Shown: in pieces, positions 28,352-37,574 of the stretch | Layout of the letters: each line of letters starts with the position of its first letter | How positions within the stretch are numbered: the first letter of the stretch is position 1 | Assembly (NCBI GenBank): GCA_964440235.1 | Contig: CAYTQI010000003.1 | Coordinates: forward strand, 1,599 to 65,598 | Origin: an uncultured Planctomycetia bacterium | Lineage (GTDB): Bacteria > Omnitrophota > Gorgyraeia > JABMRN01 > RBG-13-46-9 | Direction: 5' to 3' | Length of the DNA: 64,000 nt | The notes under the pieces: model-generated | What the model was told of the DNA's origin: nothing | The model's database searches: none | What the model saw: only the letters and a program-made list of their open reading frames with translations | Program-made: the position numbers and the translations under genes

Positions 28352-28379
28352 CCTAAATAATAGTAGGGCACTCCAAAAT
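28352..28379. other. perfect 10-bp stem hairpin (AGTAGGGCAC, 8-nt loop, GTGCCCTACT) between the zinc-ribbon ORF and the small membrane protein gene
   Basis: Seen directly. Flanked by A-rich and T-rich runs, so it could be a bidirectional intrinsic terminator or attenuator. Confidence 0.4.
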
Positions 28380-28432
28380 GTGCCCTACTATTTCTTTTTA
28401 AACTACCTCTATTTTTGATTTGTCCGGTGCTT

Positions 28433-28600
28433 TTACCGGCCTTCGTTCCTGCGTCTTGAAAAACACTCTCTGCAATATACCGGGCGGTCTCCGCTCGGCT
28501 TGAAAGGAACTTCACATTCTTTCTTGCAGTCAGCGCAAATCGCTTTGTGCATTTCGCGCGGGGGCCTGTCAAATCCTCCGCCGCTTTTGTAATCTGCCAT
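28433..28600 (-). CDS. small zinc-ribbon protein, 55 aa (CxxC...17...CxxC, basic C-terminus); missed by the ORF track because it is under 60 aa
   Basis: Hand translation: MADYKSGGGFDRPPREMHKAICADCKKECEVPFKPSGDRPVYCRECFSRRRNEGR. Strong SD AAAGGAGGT 3-4 nt upstream of the ATG; the CxxC-x17-CxxC spacing is typical of small bacterial zinc-ribbon proteins. Confidence 0.55.
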   Translation of the reverse strand: MADYKSGGGFDRPPREMHKAICADCKKECEVPFKPSGDRPVYCRECFSRRRNEGR

Positions 28601-28697
28601 GATACCTCCTTTTTACCGCTTTAATTATATAACTTTTCCGTCGTAACTTCAAGACCTTTTTTATGAGATAAAAAATTTCCGCGCGGGGCGGCCTGCG

Positions 28698-29369
28698 TTA
28701 AAACGACCAGTTGATAAGAACCATGAACTCCAGCGGTTTCTTGTCGCCGTTGTAATTGGCGAGGCCTATTTGAAGGCCATCGAGAGATTCGGTATAATTA
28801 ACCAGCCCCAGCTGGAATCCATGCATTTCCGCGGCGTAATTAATAAACCCTCCCTGAAAGCCCCTGAACGATCCGCTGTTATAATTCACTATTCCTAAAT
28901 TTCCGCCTACAGTCCGGCTTTTTGAAATATTTACAAGGGCGCATTGCGCTCCGTGCATGAAACCCTCGGCCCAGTTCACAAAACTCCACTGCAACCCGGT
29001 AAAATCACCCTCTACCACATTCACCGCGCCGTATTGCAGGCCGACAAAACGCTTTCCGACATGATTAAGAACGGCAAGCTGCCCGCCGTATGAAGAACCC
29101 TCAACCCAGTTTCCGAGCCCGATCTCAAACCCTTCCACGTTTCCAAGGGCCCTATTAACGCCGGCCCATACAATACTTAATCCCGCGACATCTTCATTAA
29201 CGGTATAAAACAGGCTTAAACGCAGGCCTTTAATGGAATCTTCCTCGGGAACGAGCTGGACAGGATTAAAAACCGCCAGCTGCAAGGGCCCGGTGGTTTC
29301 CGCTTCGGCGAATTGAATTGTCGTAATTAAAATTATTAAAATTAAAAAAAATTTTTTTACGCCTTCCAT
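28698..29369 (-). CDS. secreted repeat protein, putative outer-membrane beta-barrel (GxQxGxVN-type 14-19 aa repeats, C-terminal Phe)
   Basis: From the ATG at 29369: signal peptide MEGVKKFFLILIILITTIQFAEA, then about 11 tandem amphipathic repeats (GLQYGAVNVVEGDFT / GLQWSFVNWAEGFMH / GFQLGLVNYTESLD / GLQIGLANYNGD...) ending in ...INWSF, the typical OMP C-terminal aromatic. Confidence 0.5.
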   Translation of the reverse strand: MEGVKKFFLILIILITTIQFAEAETTGPLQLAVFNPVQLVPEEDSIKGLRLSLFYTVNEDVAGLSIVWAGVNRALGNVEGFEIGLGNWVEGSSYGGQLAVLNHVGKRFVGLQYGAVNVVEGDFTGLQWSFVNWAEGFMHGAQCALVNISKSRTVGGNLGIVNYNSGSFRGFQGGFINYAAEMHGFQLGLVNYTESLDGLQIGLANYNGDKKPLEFMVLINWSF

Positions 29370-29413
29370 GTATCGCCTCCTCACATTAAATGCGGTTTTG
29401 TTTGGCTTCAACG

Positions 29414-29659
29414 TTAACCCTCTTTCACCATTAAAAGCAACGCTATCGCGATAAGAAGATAAGCGATTGTCCTGGCAATGATTAAAATATTTACAAGCGC
29501 CGAGTCAAGGCCGATAATTGTCAGGATGTGGGAAAAGCCGAAGATCCCAAAAGATATCCCGATAAATAGAGTGGGCAATCCTTTGTTTTTGCCATAAGCC
29601 AGGTAACTCAAGAGAACTATCACGATACACAAAACTGTATTTATCACGGTCAAAACCAT
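29414..29659 (-). CDS. small membrane protein (81 aa, three TM helices)
   Basis: Entirely hydrophobic ORF at the head of the minus-strand transcription unit. Confidence 0.45.
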   Translation of the reverse strand: MVLTVINTVLCIVIVLLSYLAYGKNKGLPTLFIGISFGIFGFSHILTIIGLDSALVNILIIARTIAYLLIAIALLLMVKEG

Positions 29660-29844
29660 TTTTCGCCTCCCATTTTCTTCCTATACGGCTTAAGTTTCCG
29701 GCAAACTTGCGAATTCTGACGCGCCGGACAAAAAGCGGCCGGCAAGAACATCCTTAACGGCAGGATACGCGTTTCTCCCGATTAATACCACTTATTTCGT
29801 AAAATTATACCTCTAAAACCGGCTGCCCTCAAGGTTTATTTGCC

Positions 29845-29930
29845 GCCCGCGGAATAAATCCATTTCAGGTGTGTCCAAATAAATAATTTTTATTCCGCCC
29901 ATGGAATAGATTCATTTTTTCGGCTTGCAC
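29845..29930. promoter_or_regulatory. repeated GCGGAATAAA-type motifs (two direct copies about 44 bp apart plus one inverted copy) in the divergent promoter region upstream of the patatin gene
   Basis: ccgcccgcGGAATAAATCCATTT ... (inverted) aaataatttttattccgcc ... ccgcccatGGAATAGATTCATTT. Confidence 0.3.
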
Positions 29931-29959
29931 TTTGCGGGGGCAGCAGGTATACTTTGACT

Positions 29960-30892
29960 ATGAAAGAAGAAAAGCGGTACCGGATTCTATCGCTTGACGG
30001 CGGAGGGGCGAAAGGTATTTATACGCTCGGGGTTCTAGCCGGGATAGAAAAAAAGCTTGGCTCGGCGCTTGTTAATCATTTCGACGGCTTTTACGGCTGC
30101 TCAACAGGGGCGCTGATAATCGCCGACATGGCACTCGGCAGGACGGTAGGCCACGCCACAGAGATGTATCTTGAGAATATTCCCCGTATCATGGGCTGCT
30201 ACAGGGCCTGCTCCAGGACAAAAGCCCTCAGAAAAGTCCTTGAAAAAGAATTCGGAAACGGCGATTTTATGAATTTTAAGAAAGAGGTCACGATATTCGC
30301 CACCTCCGCCAGTAAACATCTCCCGCTTATTTTTAAATCGCGTCATTATAAAAATTACACGAATCTAAACATTATCGAGCCGGGGGCATATCACACAATC
30401 ACGGAAGCGCTCATGGCTTCGTGTTCAGCGGTACCTTTTTTCGAGAAAGCTGTTATTAAAAAATCTTTCGCGAGCGAGAAAGAAGCGGTAATGGACGGTA
30501 CGTTCGCCGCGGAAAACCCGATACTGGCCGCCATGATAGACATGGTAAAAAAATACAAAAAATCCAAAGAGGAAATAATCGCCGTAAGCGTCGGAACGGG
30601 TGAATTTCCCGTCGGGATAAACACGCAATTTTTGCTTTCTACGATAATCCGGCTCGATAAGCTGCTGCTTTTGGATCGGCTGATGCACCTGAACACCAAT
30701 ACCCTGCAAATCATCACACAGGCCTTTTTTAACGATTACAACATCATACGCATCAATGATAAATTTACCGACCCGTCGCTGAAAACAAATCTTCTCGAAC
30801 ATAATGTCAAAAAACTCAAGCTTCTTTATGAAAAAGGCAGGGAATCGTTTGCCCGCGCCGAAAAAAAATTCGAAAAGACGTATTTCAAGTAA
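29960..30892 (+). CDS. patatin-like phospholipase
   Basis: Oxyanion-hole ILSLDGGGAKGIY, nucleophile GCSTG (GxSxG), catalytic Asp in VMDGTFAAENP (DGA/G). The ORF track starts at TTG 29954; the ATG at 29960 is more likely. Confidence 0.8.
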   Translation: MKEEKRYRILSLDGGGAKGIYTLGVLAGIEKKLGSALVNHFDGFYGCSTGALIIADMALGRTVGHATEMYLENIPRIMGCYRACSRTKALRKVLEKEFGNGDFMNFKKEVTIFATSASKHLPLIFKSRHYKNYTNLNIIEPGAYHTITEALMASCSAVPFFEKAVIKKSFASEKEAVMDGTFAAENPILAAMIDMVKKYKKSKEEIIAVSVGTGEFPVGINTQFLLSTIIRLDKLLLLDRLMHLNTNTLQIITQAFFNDYNIIRINDKFTDPSLKTNLLEHNVKKLKLLYEKGRESFARAEKKFEKTYFK

Positions 30893-30913
30893 AAAAATAA
30901 ACCGGGGGTTTAA

Positions 30914-32128
30914 ATGAGCGGTATTCTGATAGCAGGCCTTGTGCTTTTCATAGGCTTCGTTTTTGGGCAGGAGCTAAAAAGGTTCAAATTTCCGAAAATA
31001 GTCGGGTATATCCTGGCGGGGGTTCTATTGAATCCCGGAATATGCCGTTTTGTACCGGAAAATATCATTTCGCAAACCGATATAATCGAAAATATCGCGA
31101 TCGCCTTTATCGCATTCGCGATAGGGGGTACAATAGTATTCTCCGAGATAAAAAAACTCGGCAAGGGGATTGTTTACATCACGCTATTTGAGGCCGAGGT
31201 TACTTTTTTAGTTATCATGGCCGGATTTCTCATTATCCTTCCTTTTGTCACGCGGATACCCGGAGCTACATGGTTTACTACTTTCATACCCATAGCGCTG
31301 ATGCTCGGGTGCCTGGGGTCTCCGACAGACCCTTCGGCGGCTTTGGCGGTTAGCCATGAATATAAAGCAAAGGGCGAAGTCACCTCGACAATGTTGAGCG
31401 TCGCCGCTTTTGACGACGTGCTTGGCATAATAAACTTCAGCGTCTCCATGGTTCTGGCAAGGGCGCTGCTGACAAAAGCGTCTTTTAACGCCTTTGATAC
31501 TGTGCTTACTCCGTTTCTTATCATTCTTGAATCGGTTGTTCTTGGCTCGATAATGGGTTTCATTTTTAATTTCATAACCGGTAGATTGAAAGAAAAAACG
31601 CCCGGGCCGCTTTTTGTGCTGATACTTAGCTTCATCACCCTTTGCTGGGGGCTCGCCTCCCTTATCCGCGCGGAAGAAATCCTTTCCATCATGATAATGG
31701 CCATGGTTGTCACAAATTTCAATCCCCATTCTAAAGCCATTTTTTCCATGCTTGAAAGATATTCCGAAGAACTTATTTTTCTGATATTTTTCACGTTAAG
31801 CGGCATGCATTTGAGTTTCAGCGGAGCGGGGATCGCGATAGCGCTGCTCGTGTTCTTCACCATATTCAGGATAATCGGAAAATTTACCGGGACCATGATC
31901 GGCGCCTCGATAGCGCGTTCCTCCCCCAAAATAAGGAAGTATACGGCAAGCGGCCTTATACCCTACGGCGGCATCGTCATAGGCCTGGCGCTTATTATGC
32001 AACAAGATCCCGCTTTCAGTGAAATCGGCACGCTTGTGGTAAATATCATCGTAGGCGCCACTATCGTAAACGAGTTTATCGGCCCTATTCTTATAAAGAA
32101 AACGCTTAAAAATTCGGGTGAGATTTAA
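30914..32128 (+). CDS. monovalent cation:proton antiporter (CPA1/CPA2, Na+/H+ exchanger family)
   Basis: 404 aa, about 12 TM helices, Na_H_Exchanger-like segments (GYILAGVLLNP, LGSPTDPSAALAV). Confidence 0.8.
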   Translation: MSGILIAGLVLFIGFVFGQELKRFKFPKIVGYILAGVLLNPGICRFVPENIISQTDIIENIAIAFIAFAIGGTIVFSEIKKLGKGIVYITLFEAEVTFLVIMAGFLIILPFVTRIPGATWFTTFIPIALMLGCLGSPTDPSAALAVSHEYKAKGEVTSTMLSVAAFDDVLGIINFSVSMVLARALLTKASFNAFDTVLTPFLIILESVVLGSIMGFIFNFITGRLKEKTPGPLFVLILSFITLCWGLASLIRAEEILSIMIMAMVVTNFNPHSKAIFSMLERYSEELIFLIFFTLSGMHLSFSGAGIAIALLVFFTIFRIIGKFTGTMIGASIARSSPKIRKYTASGLIPYGGIVIGLALIMQQDPAFSEIGTLVVNIIVGATIVNEFIGPILIKKTLKNSGEI

Positions 32129-32790
32129 GGGGAAGGCTGAACGGGAAGCGAAATATCCGCCACTGTCATTTCGCCTGTTTTGTTCGGGCCGTCGTTTTTG
32201 ATAAAACCCGTCTTAGGGAAGGCGAATGTAACTGTCCTGACAGCCTTTATGCAGCTCCCGAGCGCTTTTCCGTTAGTGGCATCCAGGCCCGAAGGCACGT
32301 CTACGGACAAAATGGGTTTTCCGGATTGATTCATCGATTCTATCGCGCCCGCGAGAGGCCGCCTCACTTCTCCGGAAACACCTATTCCCAGTATGGCGTC
32401 TATCAAGAGATCCGATGCTTGCAGGCTATTTTTAAAACTATCAAATTCCCCGCCGGTTTCCGTTGATTTAATCTTTATCCCCATTTCGCGAAGTATATTG
32501 TAATTTATTTTAGCGTCGCCTTTCAAATTCGCGGGATTGGCAAGTAAAAAAATTTCCACGTCAAATCCGTTATTTACGAGATGCCTGGCCGCGACAAATC
32601 CGTCGCCGCCGTTATTACCCCTGCCGCAAACGCAAAATATCTTTTTCTCTTTCGCGCCCGAAAGTATCCCGCGCGCTGCCGCGTACACGGCGCGGCCGGC
32701 GTTTTCCATCAGAATAATGGACGGTATGCCGAATTTCTCCATGGCCTCTTTATCCAGACTGCGCATCTCCCGGGAAGTCACGTATCGCAT
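32125..32790 (-). CDS. NAD(P)H-hydrate epimerase (YjeF N-terminal domain)
   Basis: VCGRGNNGGDGFVAARHL signature of the YjeF_N/Nnr1 family. Confidence 0.75.
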   Translation of the reverse strand: MRYVTSREMRSLDKEAMEKFGIPSIILMENAGRAVYAAARGILSGAKEKKIFCVCGRGNNGGDGFVAARHLVNNGFDVEIFLLANPANLKGDAKINYNILREMGIKIKSTETGGEFDSFKNSLQASDLLIDAILGIGVSGEVRRPLAGAIESMNQSGKPILSVDVPSGLDATNGKALGSCIKAVRTVTFAFPKTGFIKNDGPNKTGEMTVADISLPVQPSP

Positions 32791-33689
32791 TAATTAACGT
32801 ATCCTCCGAACTGCAAAAAAACCTCCGTGAGGCCTTTTACCACTTCCGCGATATTTTCATAATTAAGCGTCTCATAAGTATCCGATTTCCTATGATAATT
32901 GGGATTCCTGTAAAATGCGGTATCTGTAATCATTACCGCGCGATAACCCTCTTTCCAGAAAGACCAGTTATCGGAAAAATCGATTCCGGGAACAATAGCG
33001 GGAAGCACGAACAACTCCACGGGAAAACGGCTTTTATTTTTAAAAATGGAAACAATTTTCCGCGCGAGATTACCCGAAACCGGATTTCCAACGACACCGA
33101 TATAATCGCCTCTGTTCGGGTGAAAAAAACGCATTATCGGCAAATATTTCTGGGACCACGGCCTATCCGTATAGTAGCCGATTGACTCCAGGATAATGGC
33201 GGCTTTAATGTCTTCCCCTCTTGTCCTGGCGTCTCTGGCATAAACGTAACTGCCCATTTTTTCCGTTTTAAAAAACGGTGGCTCTTCGTTGACAAAAGCG
33301 ATGAATTTCACGGTGCGCTCGGTTTGTTTATCAAACATAAATTTCGCCAGTTCCAAAAGCCCCGCCACGGCGCTTGCGTTATCGTCCGCTCCGGGGTTGA
33401 AATAGCTGTCATAGTGGGCTCCGGCAACGATCACCTCTTCCGGGTACTTCACGCCGGTTTTCGAGACGATTATATTTTTGGCCGCCTTTCCCCGGGCCTC
33501 ATATTCCTGAAATTTAACCTCATACCCGAAAGAAGAAAATGTTTCGGTTATGTACTGAGCCGCTTCGCAAAGTTTATCATATTTAGAAATGCTGCGGTCG
33601 CCAATCTCGTGGGAAAGCCTGTAAACATGCGATTCTAATTTTTTAACCAATTCCGTATCCTCCTTAATGTCAGGGCCGTTTGGGTTCAT
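32790..33689 (-). CDS. M28 family zinc peptidase (aminopeptidase)
   Basis: Metal ligand blocks AGAHYDS and GADDNASAVAGLLELA, and EEPPFF (the NEE glutamates). Confidence 0.75.
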   Translation of the reverse strand: MNPNGPDIKEDTELVKKLESHVYRLSHEIGDRSISKYDKLCEAAQYITETFSSFGYEVKFQEYEARGKAAKNIIVSKTGVKYPEEVIVAGAHYDSYFNPGADDNASAVAGLLELAKFMFDKQTERTVKFIAFVNEEPPFFKTEKMGSYVYARDARTRGEDIKAAIILESIGYYTDRPWSQKYLPIMRFFHPNRGDYIGVVGNPVSGNLARKIVSIFKNKSRFPVELFVLPAIVPGIDFSDNWSFWKEGYRAVMITDTAFYRNPNYHRKSDTYETLNYENIAEVVKGLTEVFLQFGGYVN

Positions 33690-33804
33690 TTTTTTATTAT
33701 ACCTTTTATAGCGTTAAATCCCAAGGGAAATATAAAACGCCGGGGGCCGGGCATTCGTATTCGCCATTTAGCAAGAAAAGTTAGAAACGGTAAACGAGGA
33801 GGCC

Positions 33805-35058
33805 CTATTTGTTTTGGGGTTCGTAATTTCGGGATTCGAAATTGTGTGTCCAGTAGTTCACGCCCCGCTTGAGCACTGAAAGGCCCATTTCCTGCCCGGT
33901 TTTAAATATCAGGATAAACCAGAAAAGGACAAGCGCCGGCGCCGCCAATAGCAGTCGTTTCAGCAGTGAGCGCATGCTCCTTATGGCGAGTATGCAGGGA
34001 AAAATTCCGAAAAGTATGACCTTGCCGGTTCCTCCCACAAAATCGAGAGCACTAAGAAAAATATTCGGATATAAAAGCGATATAATGAGCGGCGGCGCGA
34101 AAGACAGCGCGAAACTAAGGAATCCGCTCGAGGGCATTCTGGTATGATTCGTGATTATGTCATCAATAAAATCAATTTGCGTCCGCCCGATCGATATATA
34201 CGAGGTTATGATGGCCGTAAGGGTAAACATCAGGGCGGCCTGCATGAAAAGCGGGCTTTTTATCGCGTTCGCGAGGGGTACGGTCGCCGGAAGGTTTTTT
34301 TGAAGGGCGTTTAAAATACCTCCGGCCCCCTCAAGATTCAAAACCCCTATTCCCACCTGTATCCATATCACATTCATGATAAAACCTATTACGGCACCGA
34401 AGGTAAAAGCCAGCAATATGTCCCTGATGTTCCAGTTAAGTTTTTTACATATGGTGGGTATTATATTGTGAAAATTTGCCGCCATTACTATGATTGGGAG
34501 AGCGGCCGGAAGCATTTTCCAATCCCTGTAAGCGAAACGCGAGGCATCCACGTATTTCTCTCCCATGATTACAAGAACGCCGAACGAAATCCATAAAAAC
34601 ACCACAAATAAAGTACTGCACCATAGAAGCAGTTTAGGCCTGAAAAATGTTATACCCGTAAAAATCGTGAAAAATATAAGCATGATCGCCGATTTCGGGA
34701 CCGGAACATTGAGGAGCCGCGCTATAACCGTGGTTGAACCGGTAAGATATACGGTAAGAAGCCCGTAAAGTATGATAAGGTTCGCCAGTGTAGCTATCCA
34801 TTTTCCGGCGGTACCGAAATACTCCTGATATAAACTGGGATAGTGAAAATTTTCCCGGCGATTTTTTATTGATTCCTTCGCGAGCACGACCGCCGTGAAA
34901 AAAAGCGCCGCGCTAAGCGCGAGCAGCCCTGCCATCGATGGCCAGAAACCGGCCATGCCGGTTTTTATCGGCAACCCCAGGATCCCGGCGCCTATCATGT
35001 TACCGGTAATAAAACACCCGACCATAAAAATAAGTGAAAACGGTATTTTTTTATTCAT
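33805..35058 (-). CDS. aromatic amino-acid (Trp/Tyr) permease, HAAAP family (paralog 1)
   Basis: N-terminal NMIGAGILGLP signature of Mtr/TnaB/TyrP transporters; 11 TM helices. Confidence 0.75.
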   Translation of the reverse strand: MNKKIPFSLIFMVGCFITGNMIGAGILGLPIKTGMAGFWPSMAGLLALSAALFFTAVVLAKESIKNRRENFHYPSLYQEYFGTAGKWIATLANLIILYGLLTVYLTGSTTVIARLLNVPVPKSAIMLIFFTIFTGITFFRPKLLLWCSTLFVVFLWISFGVLVIMGEKYVDASRFAYRDWKMLPAALPIIVMAANFHNIIPTICKKLNWNIRDILLAFTFGAVIGFIMNVIWIQVGIGVLNLEGAGGILNALQKNLPATVPLANAIKSPLFMQAALMFTLTAIITSYISIGRTQIDFIDDIITNHTRMPSSGFLSFALSFAPPLIISLLYPNIFLSALDFVGGTGKVILFGIFPCILAIRSMRSLLKRLLLAAPALVLFWFILIFKTGQEMGLSVLKRGVNYWTHNFESRNYEPQNK

Positions 35059-36242
35059 TTCAGATGTCTCATTTGTTTTTCCGCGGTGGTTTTACGAAAT
35101 ATGTAATACGCGCAAAGAAGAACGCTGAAAAAAGTAAAAATCGCGGAAGAATAAAACACGGAATCAATTCCGAGCCGGTCCATTATAATACCCGCGGCTA
35201 TCGGCGCGATAACGATCCCCGCGCTCATTACCGCCCAGAACACGCCCATCCACATCCCCATACCGACCTGTTTGCCTATTTCCAGGGAAAGGCTCGTTAC
35301 TGCCGGCACGCATATAGCGATTCCGAGTCCCATAAAACACCCCGCGGTAAAAAGAGCCCAGTAATTCGGGCAAAGCGGCAAGACAAATATGGCCAGCATC
35401 GAAACAGAGATCCCCATGCTTGACTGAAGCAGTTTACCAAGCCGTCCAAGGCGCTGCGCGAGTTCGCCGAAAGGAATCTGCAGGAGGCCCGCTATAAATA
35501 TAGACACGGATATAATAAGGCCCGTGTGGGCGATGTCCACAAAATCCCTTATAGCCATTGACGGAAGAAATGACATGAATACAGCCGAAAGAGCGGTTGA
35601 TATAAGCGTCATTATCAAAACCGCTTTTACGTAATTGTACTTAAGCAATATGTTAAACGGCGCGATGCCGGGCGCCTTGCGCCTTGTTGTGCCTTTCGCC
35701 TCCGGAAGTAAAAACATCACAAAAAGAAGCGTTATGCCTCCGAGAACAGCCATCGTGTAAAAAACAGCGTCGAAACCGCGCCGTTCGGCAAGTTCTCCGC
35801 CGATCAGCGGGCCCGCCGCTATTCCCAGGTATAATACCGTATTCAGCCCGCCTACCGTTAAGCCTTCTGTGCCCTGTCTCGCAAGTTCACCGACGTACGC
35901 CATCACAATAGGTAATATCATGCCGGCCGACAGCCCGTGAATAAGGCGGACCGCTGTCAACAGGTAAACGTTGTCGGCTTCCGTGTAAAGGAGAGAGGCA
36001 AGGGAATAAAGTACAAGCCCCGCCACGACAAATATTTTACGCCCTATCCTGTCGGAGATTTTTCCTATGAATGGCGTCACAATGCCTCTCGATATGGCAA
36101 AACCGGCGAATATCATACCTATCCAGAAGCCGTTAGCGCCGTGGCTTTGGGCAAGTTCCGGCAGAAAAGGAGATATTACCGCAAGTCCCAGCGACGCGGA
36201 AAAAGCGGCCATCATCAAAAGGCAAAAAGTACGTACATTCAT
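35055..36242 (-). CDS. MFS transporter
   Basis: 12 TM helices, MFS motif A-like GKISDRIGRK between TM2 and TM3. Confidence 0.8.
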   Translation of the reverse strand: MNVRTFCLLMMAAFSASLGLAVISPFLPELAQSHGANGFWIGMIFAGFAISRGIVTPFIGKISDRIGRKIFVVAGLVLYSLASLLYTEADNVYLLTAVRLIHGLSAGMILPIVMAYVGELARQGTEGLTVGGLNTVLYLGIAAGPLIGGELAERRGFDAVFYTMAVLGGITLLFVMFLLPEAKGTTRRKAPGIAPFNILLKYNYVKAVLIMTLISTALSAVFMSFLPSMAIRDFVDIAHTGLIISVSIFIAGLLQIPFGELAQRLGRLGKLLQSSMGISVSMLAIFVLPLCPNYWALFTAGCFMGLGIAICVPAVTSLSLEIGKQVGMGMWMGVFWAVMSAGIVIAPIAAGIIMDRLGIDSVFYSSAIFTFFSVLLCAYYIFRKTTAEKQMRHLK

Positions 36243-36302
36243 ATAATCAGAATATATCCTTAAAAATACAAGACATTAAACAGGGACACGGGTTAAAAAT
36301 TT

Positions 36303-37574
36303 TCACTTTTCTACGGAAAACGTTTTGTGTTTCCAGTGTTCTTTTGACGCGTCTAATTTTAGCATCCCGGATTCCTGGGCTACTTCGCACAATAAGAATG
36401 TTGAAAACGCCGCTATCATTACAATAGCGGCCACTTTAAACAACTTTCCCCTTTCACGCGCCATTTTGAGCATGATAAAGCTCGGCAATAACCCAAAAAC
36501 TATCAGTATCCCAAGGCCGCCGGCCAGGTCTATGGCCTTTAAAAAAAGTCCGGGATAGATCATCGCCACCAGAAAAGGCGGGCCGAATGAAAGCAGCACT
36601 ATGGCGTATTTGCTGGGTTTTTTGAAATAAAGCGATAAAATCCCCTTCATAAACCCTCTGAGGGCTATACCCGTAGGGATATACGAAGTGGCCATGGCGG
36701 TAAGCGCGAAAAACATTCCGGTAACCGTAATCACCCTGGAATGCAAAGCCAAAGCGAGCGGAATAGTGGCGGGATAATCATTTTGCAGGGCACTGAGTAT
36801 ATTTGTTTTTCCGGGGCCGCTGACCGGAAGAGCCCCTATCACCACTGTCATCCACAATATATTCATAACCAGCGCCATAAAGCTTCCCAATAATACCGCC
36901 TTCAAAGCGGCCCATGGGTTTCCGTCGAGATTGCTGCATATAAAAGGAACGACATTGTGAAAAGAAAACGCGACGATTATTATGGGTATTACGGAAGGTA
37001 TCAAGCCCCACTTTCTGTAGCTGAAACGGCTGGCATCAACATGCTGTCCGGTTTTGAACAGAAGAATCGAAAAAGACACAAGCAGGACTGCCATGATTAT
37101 CGCGTTCGCGTTTTTGGCTTTGTCAGCGCCAAGAAGGACAAGGCCTGTAAAAATTACAAAAAAGGCGGCCATCCATACATGGCTCCCTGCGTTAAGAGGC
37201 ACCAGGTTCACAAGTATAGCGGCTGAACCCGTTAAATACGCCACAAGAATACCGTAATAATTCACCAGATAACCAAAGACACTGATCCACTTGCCCTTGG
37301 GCCCCAATTCGCTTTGAAAAAGTGTCGGATAATCGCGGGATCTTTCTTTCGGGTGGGTAAATTTGTAAATAAATACGATTGCCGTACACAGCATAAGAAC
37401 CCAGACTGAAAACATGCTTAAGAGCGAAGGCAGCATACCCGCGAGCCCGGTTTTTACGGGTAGGCCCAGAATGCCCGCGCCTATGGTCATGCCCATGACA
37501 AGCAGGCTGTTAATAAATATTTTTACGAAAGTTATTTTTTTTTCCAACTTGTAAACCATAAAGGGGACGGGCAT
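36303..37574 (-). CDS. aromatic amino-acid (Trp/Tyr) permease, HAAAP family (paralog 2)
   Basis: MTIGAGILGLP signature, collinear with paralog 1. The start is either ATG 37574 or ATG 37559. Confidence 0.75.
   Translation of the reverse strand: MPVPFMVYKLEKKITFVKIFINSLLVMGMTIGAGILGLPVKTGLAGMLPSLLSMFSVWVLMLCTAIVFIYKFTHPKERSRDYPTLFQSELGPKGKWISVFGYLVNYYGILVAYLTGSAAILVNLVPLNAGSHVWMAAFFVIFTGLVLLGADKAKNANAIIMAVLLVSFSILLFKTGQHVDASRFSYRKWGLIPSVIPIIIVAFSFHNVVPFICSNLDGNPWAALKAVLLGSFMALVMNILWMTVVIGALPVSGPGKTNILSALQNDYPATIPLALALHSRVITVTGMFFALTAMATSYIPTGIALRGFMKGILSLYFKKPSKYAIVLLSFGPPFLVAMIYPGLFLKAIDLAGGLGILIVFGLLPSFIMLKMARERGKLFKVAAIVMIAAFSTFLLCEVAQESGMLKLDASKEHWKHKTFSVEK

Noticed and set aside
28345-28572. 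N-terminal 76 codons of the 163-aa ORF 28081-28572 in the ORF track
   Set aside because: This part has no hydrophobic or conserved character. A different frame contains the SD-preceded zinc-ribbon gene (28433-28600), and the membrane protein has its own SD and ATG at 28344.
29960-30892. Patatin-like phospholipase as a CBASS/defence-island effector
   Set aside because: No CD-NTase, cap or other defence genes lie adjacent; the flanking genes are housekeeping. I therefore treat it as a stand-alone lipase.
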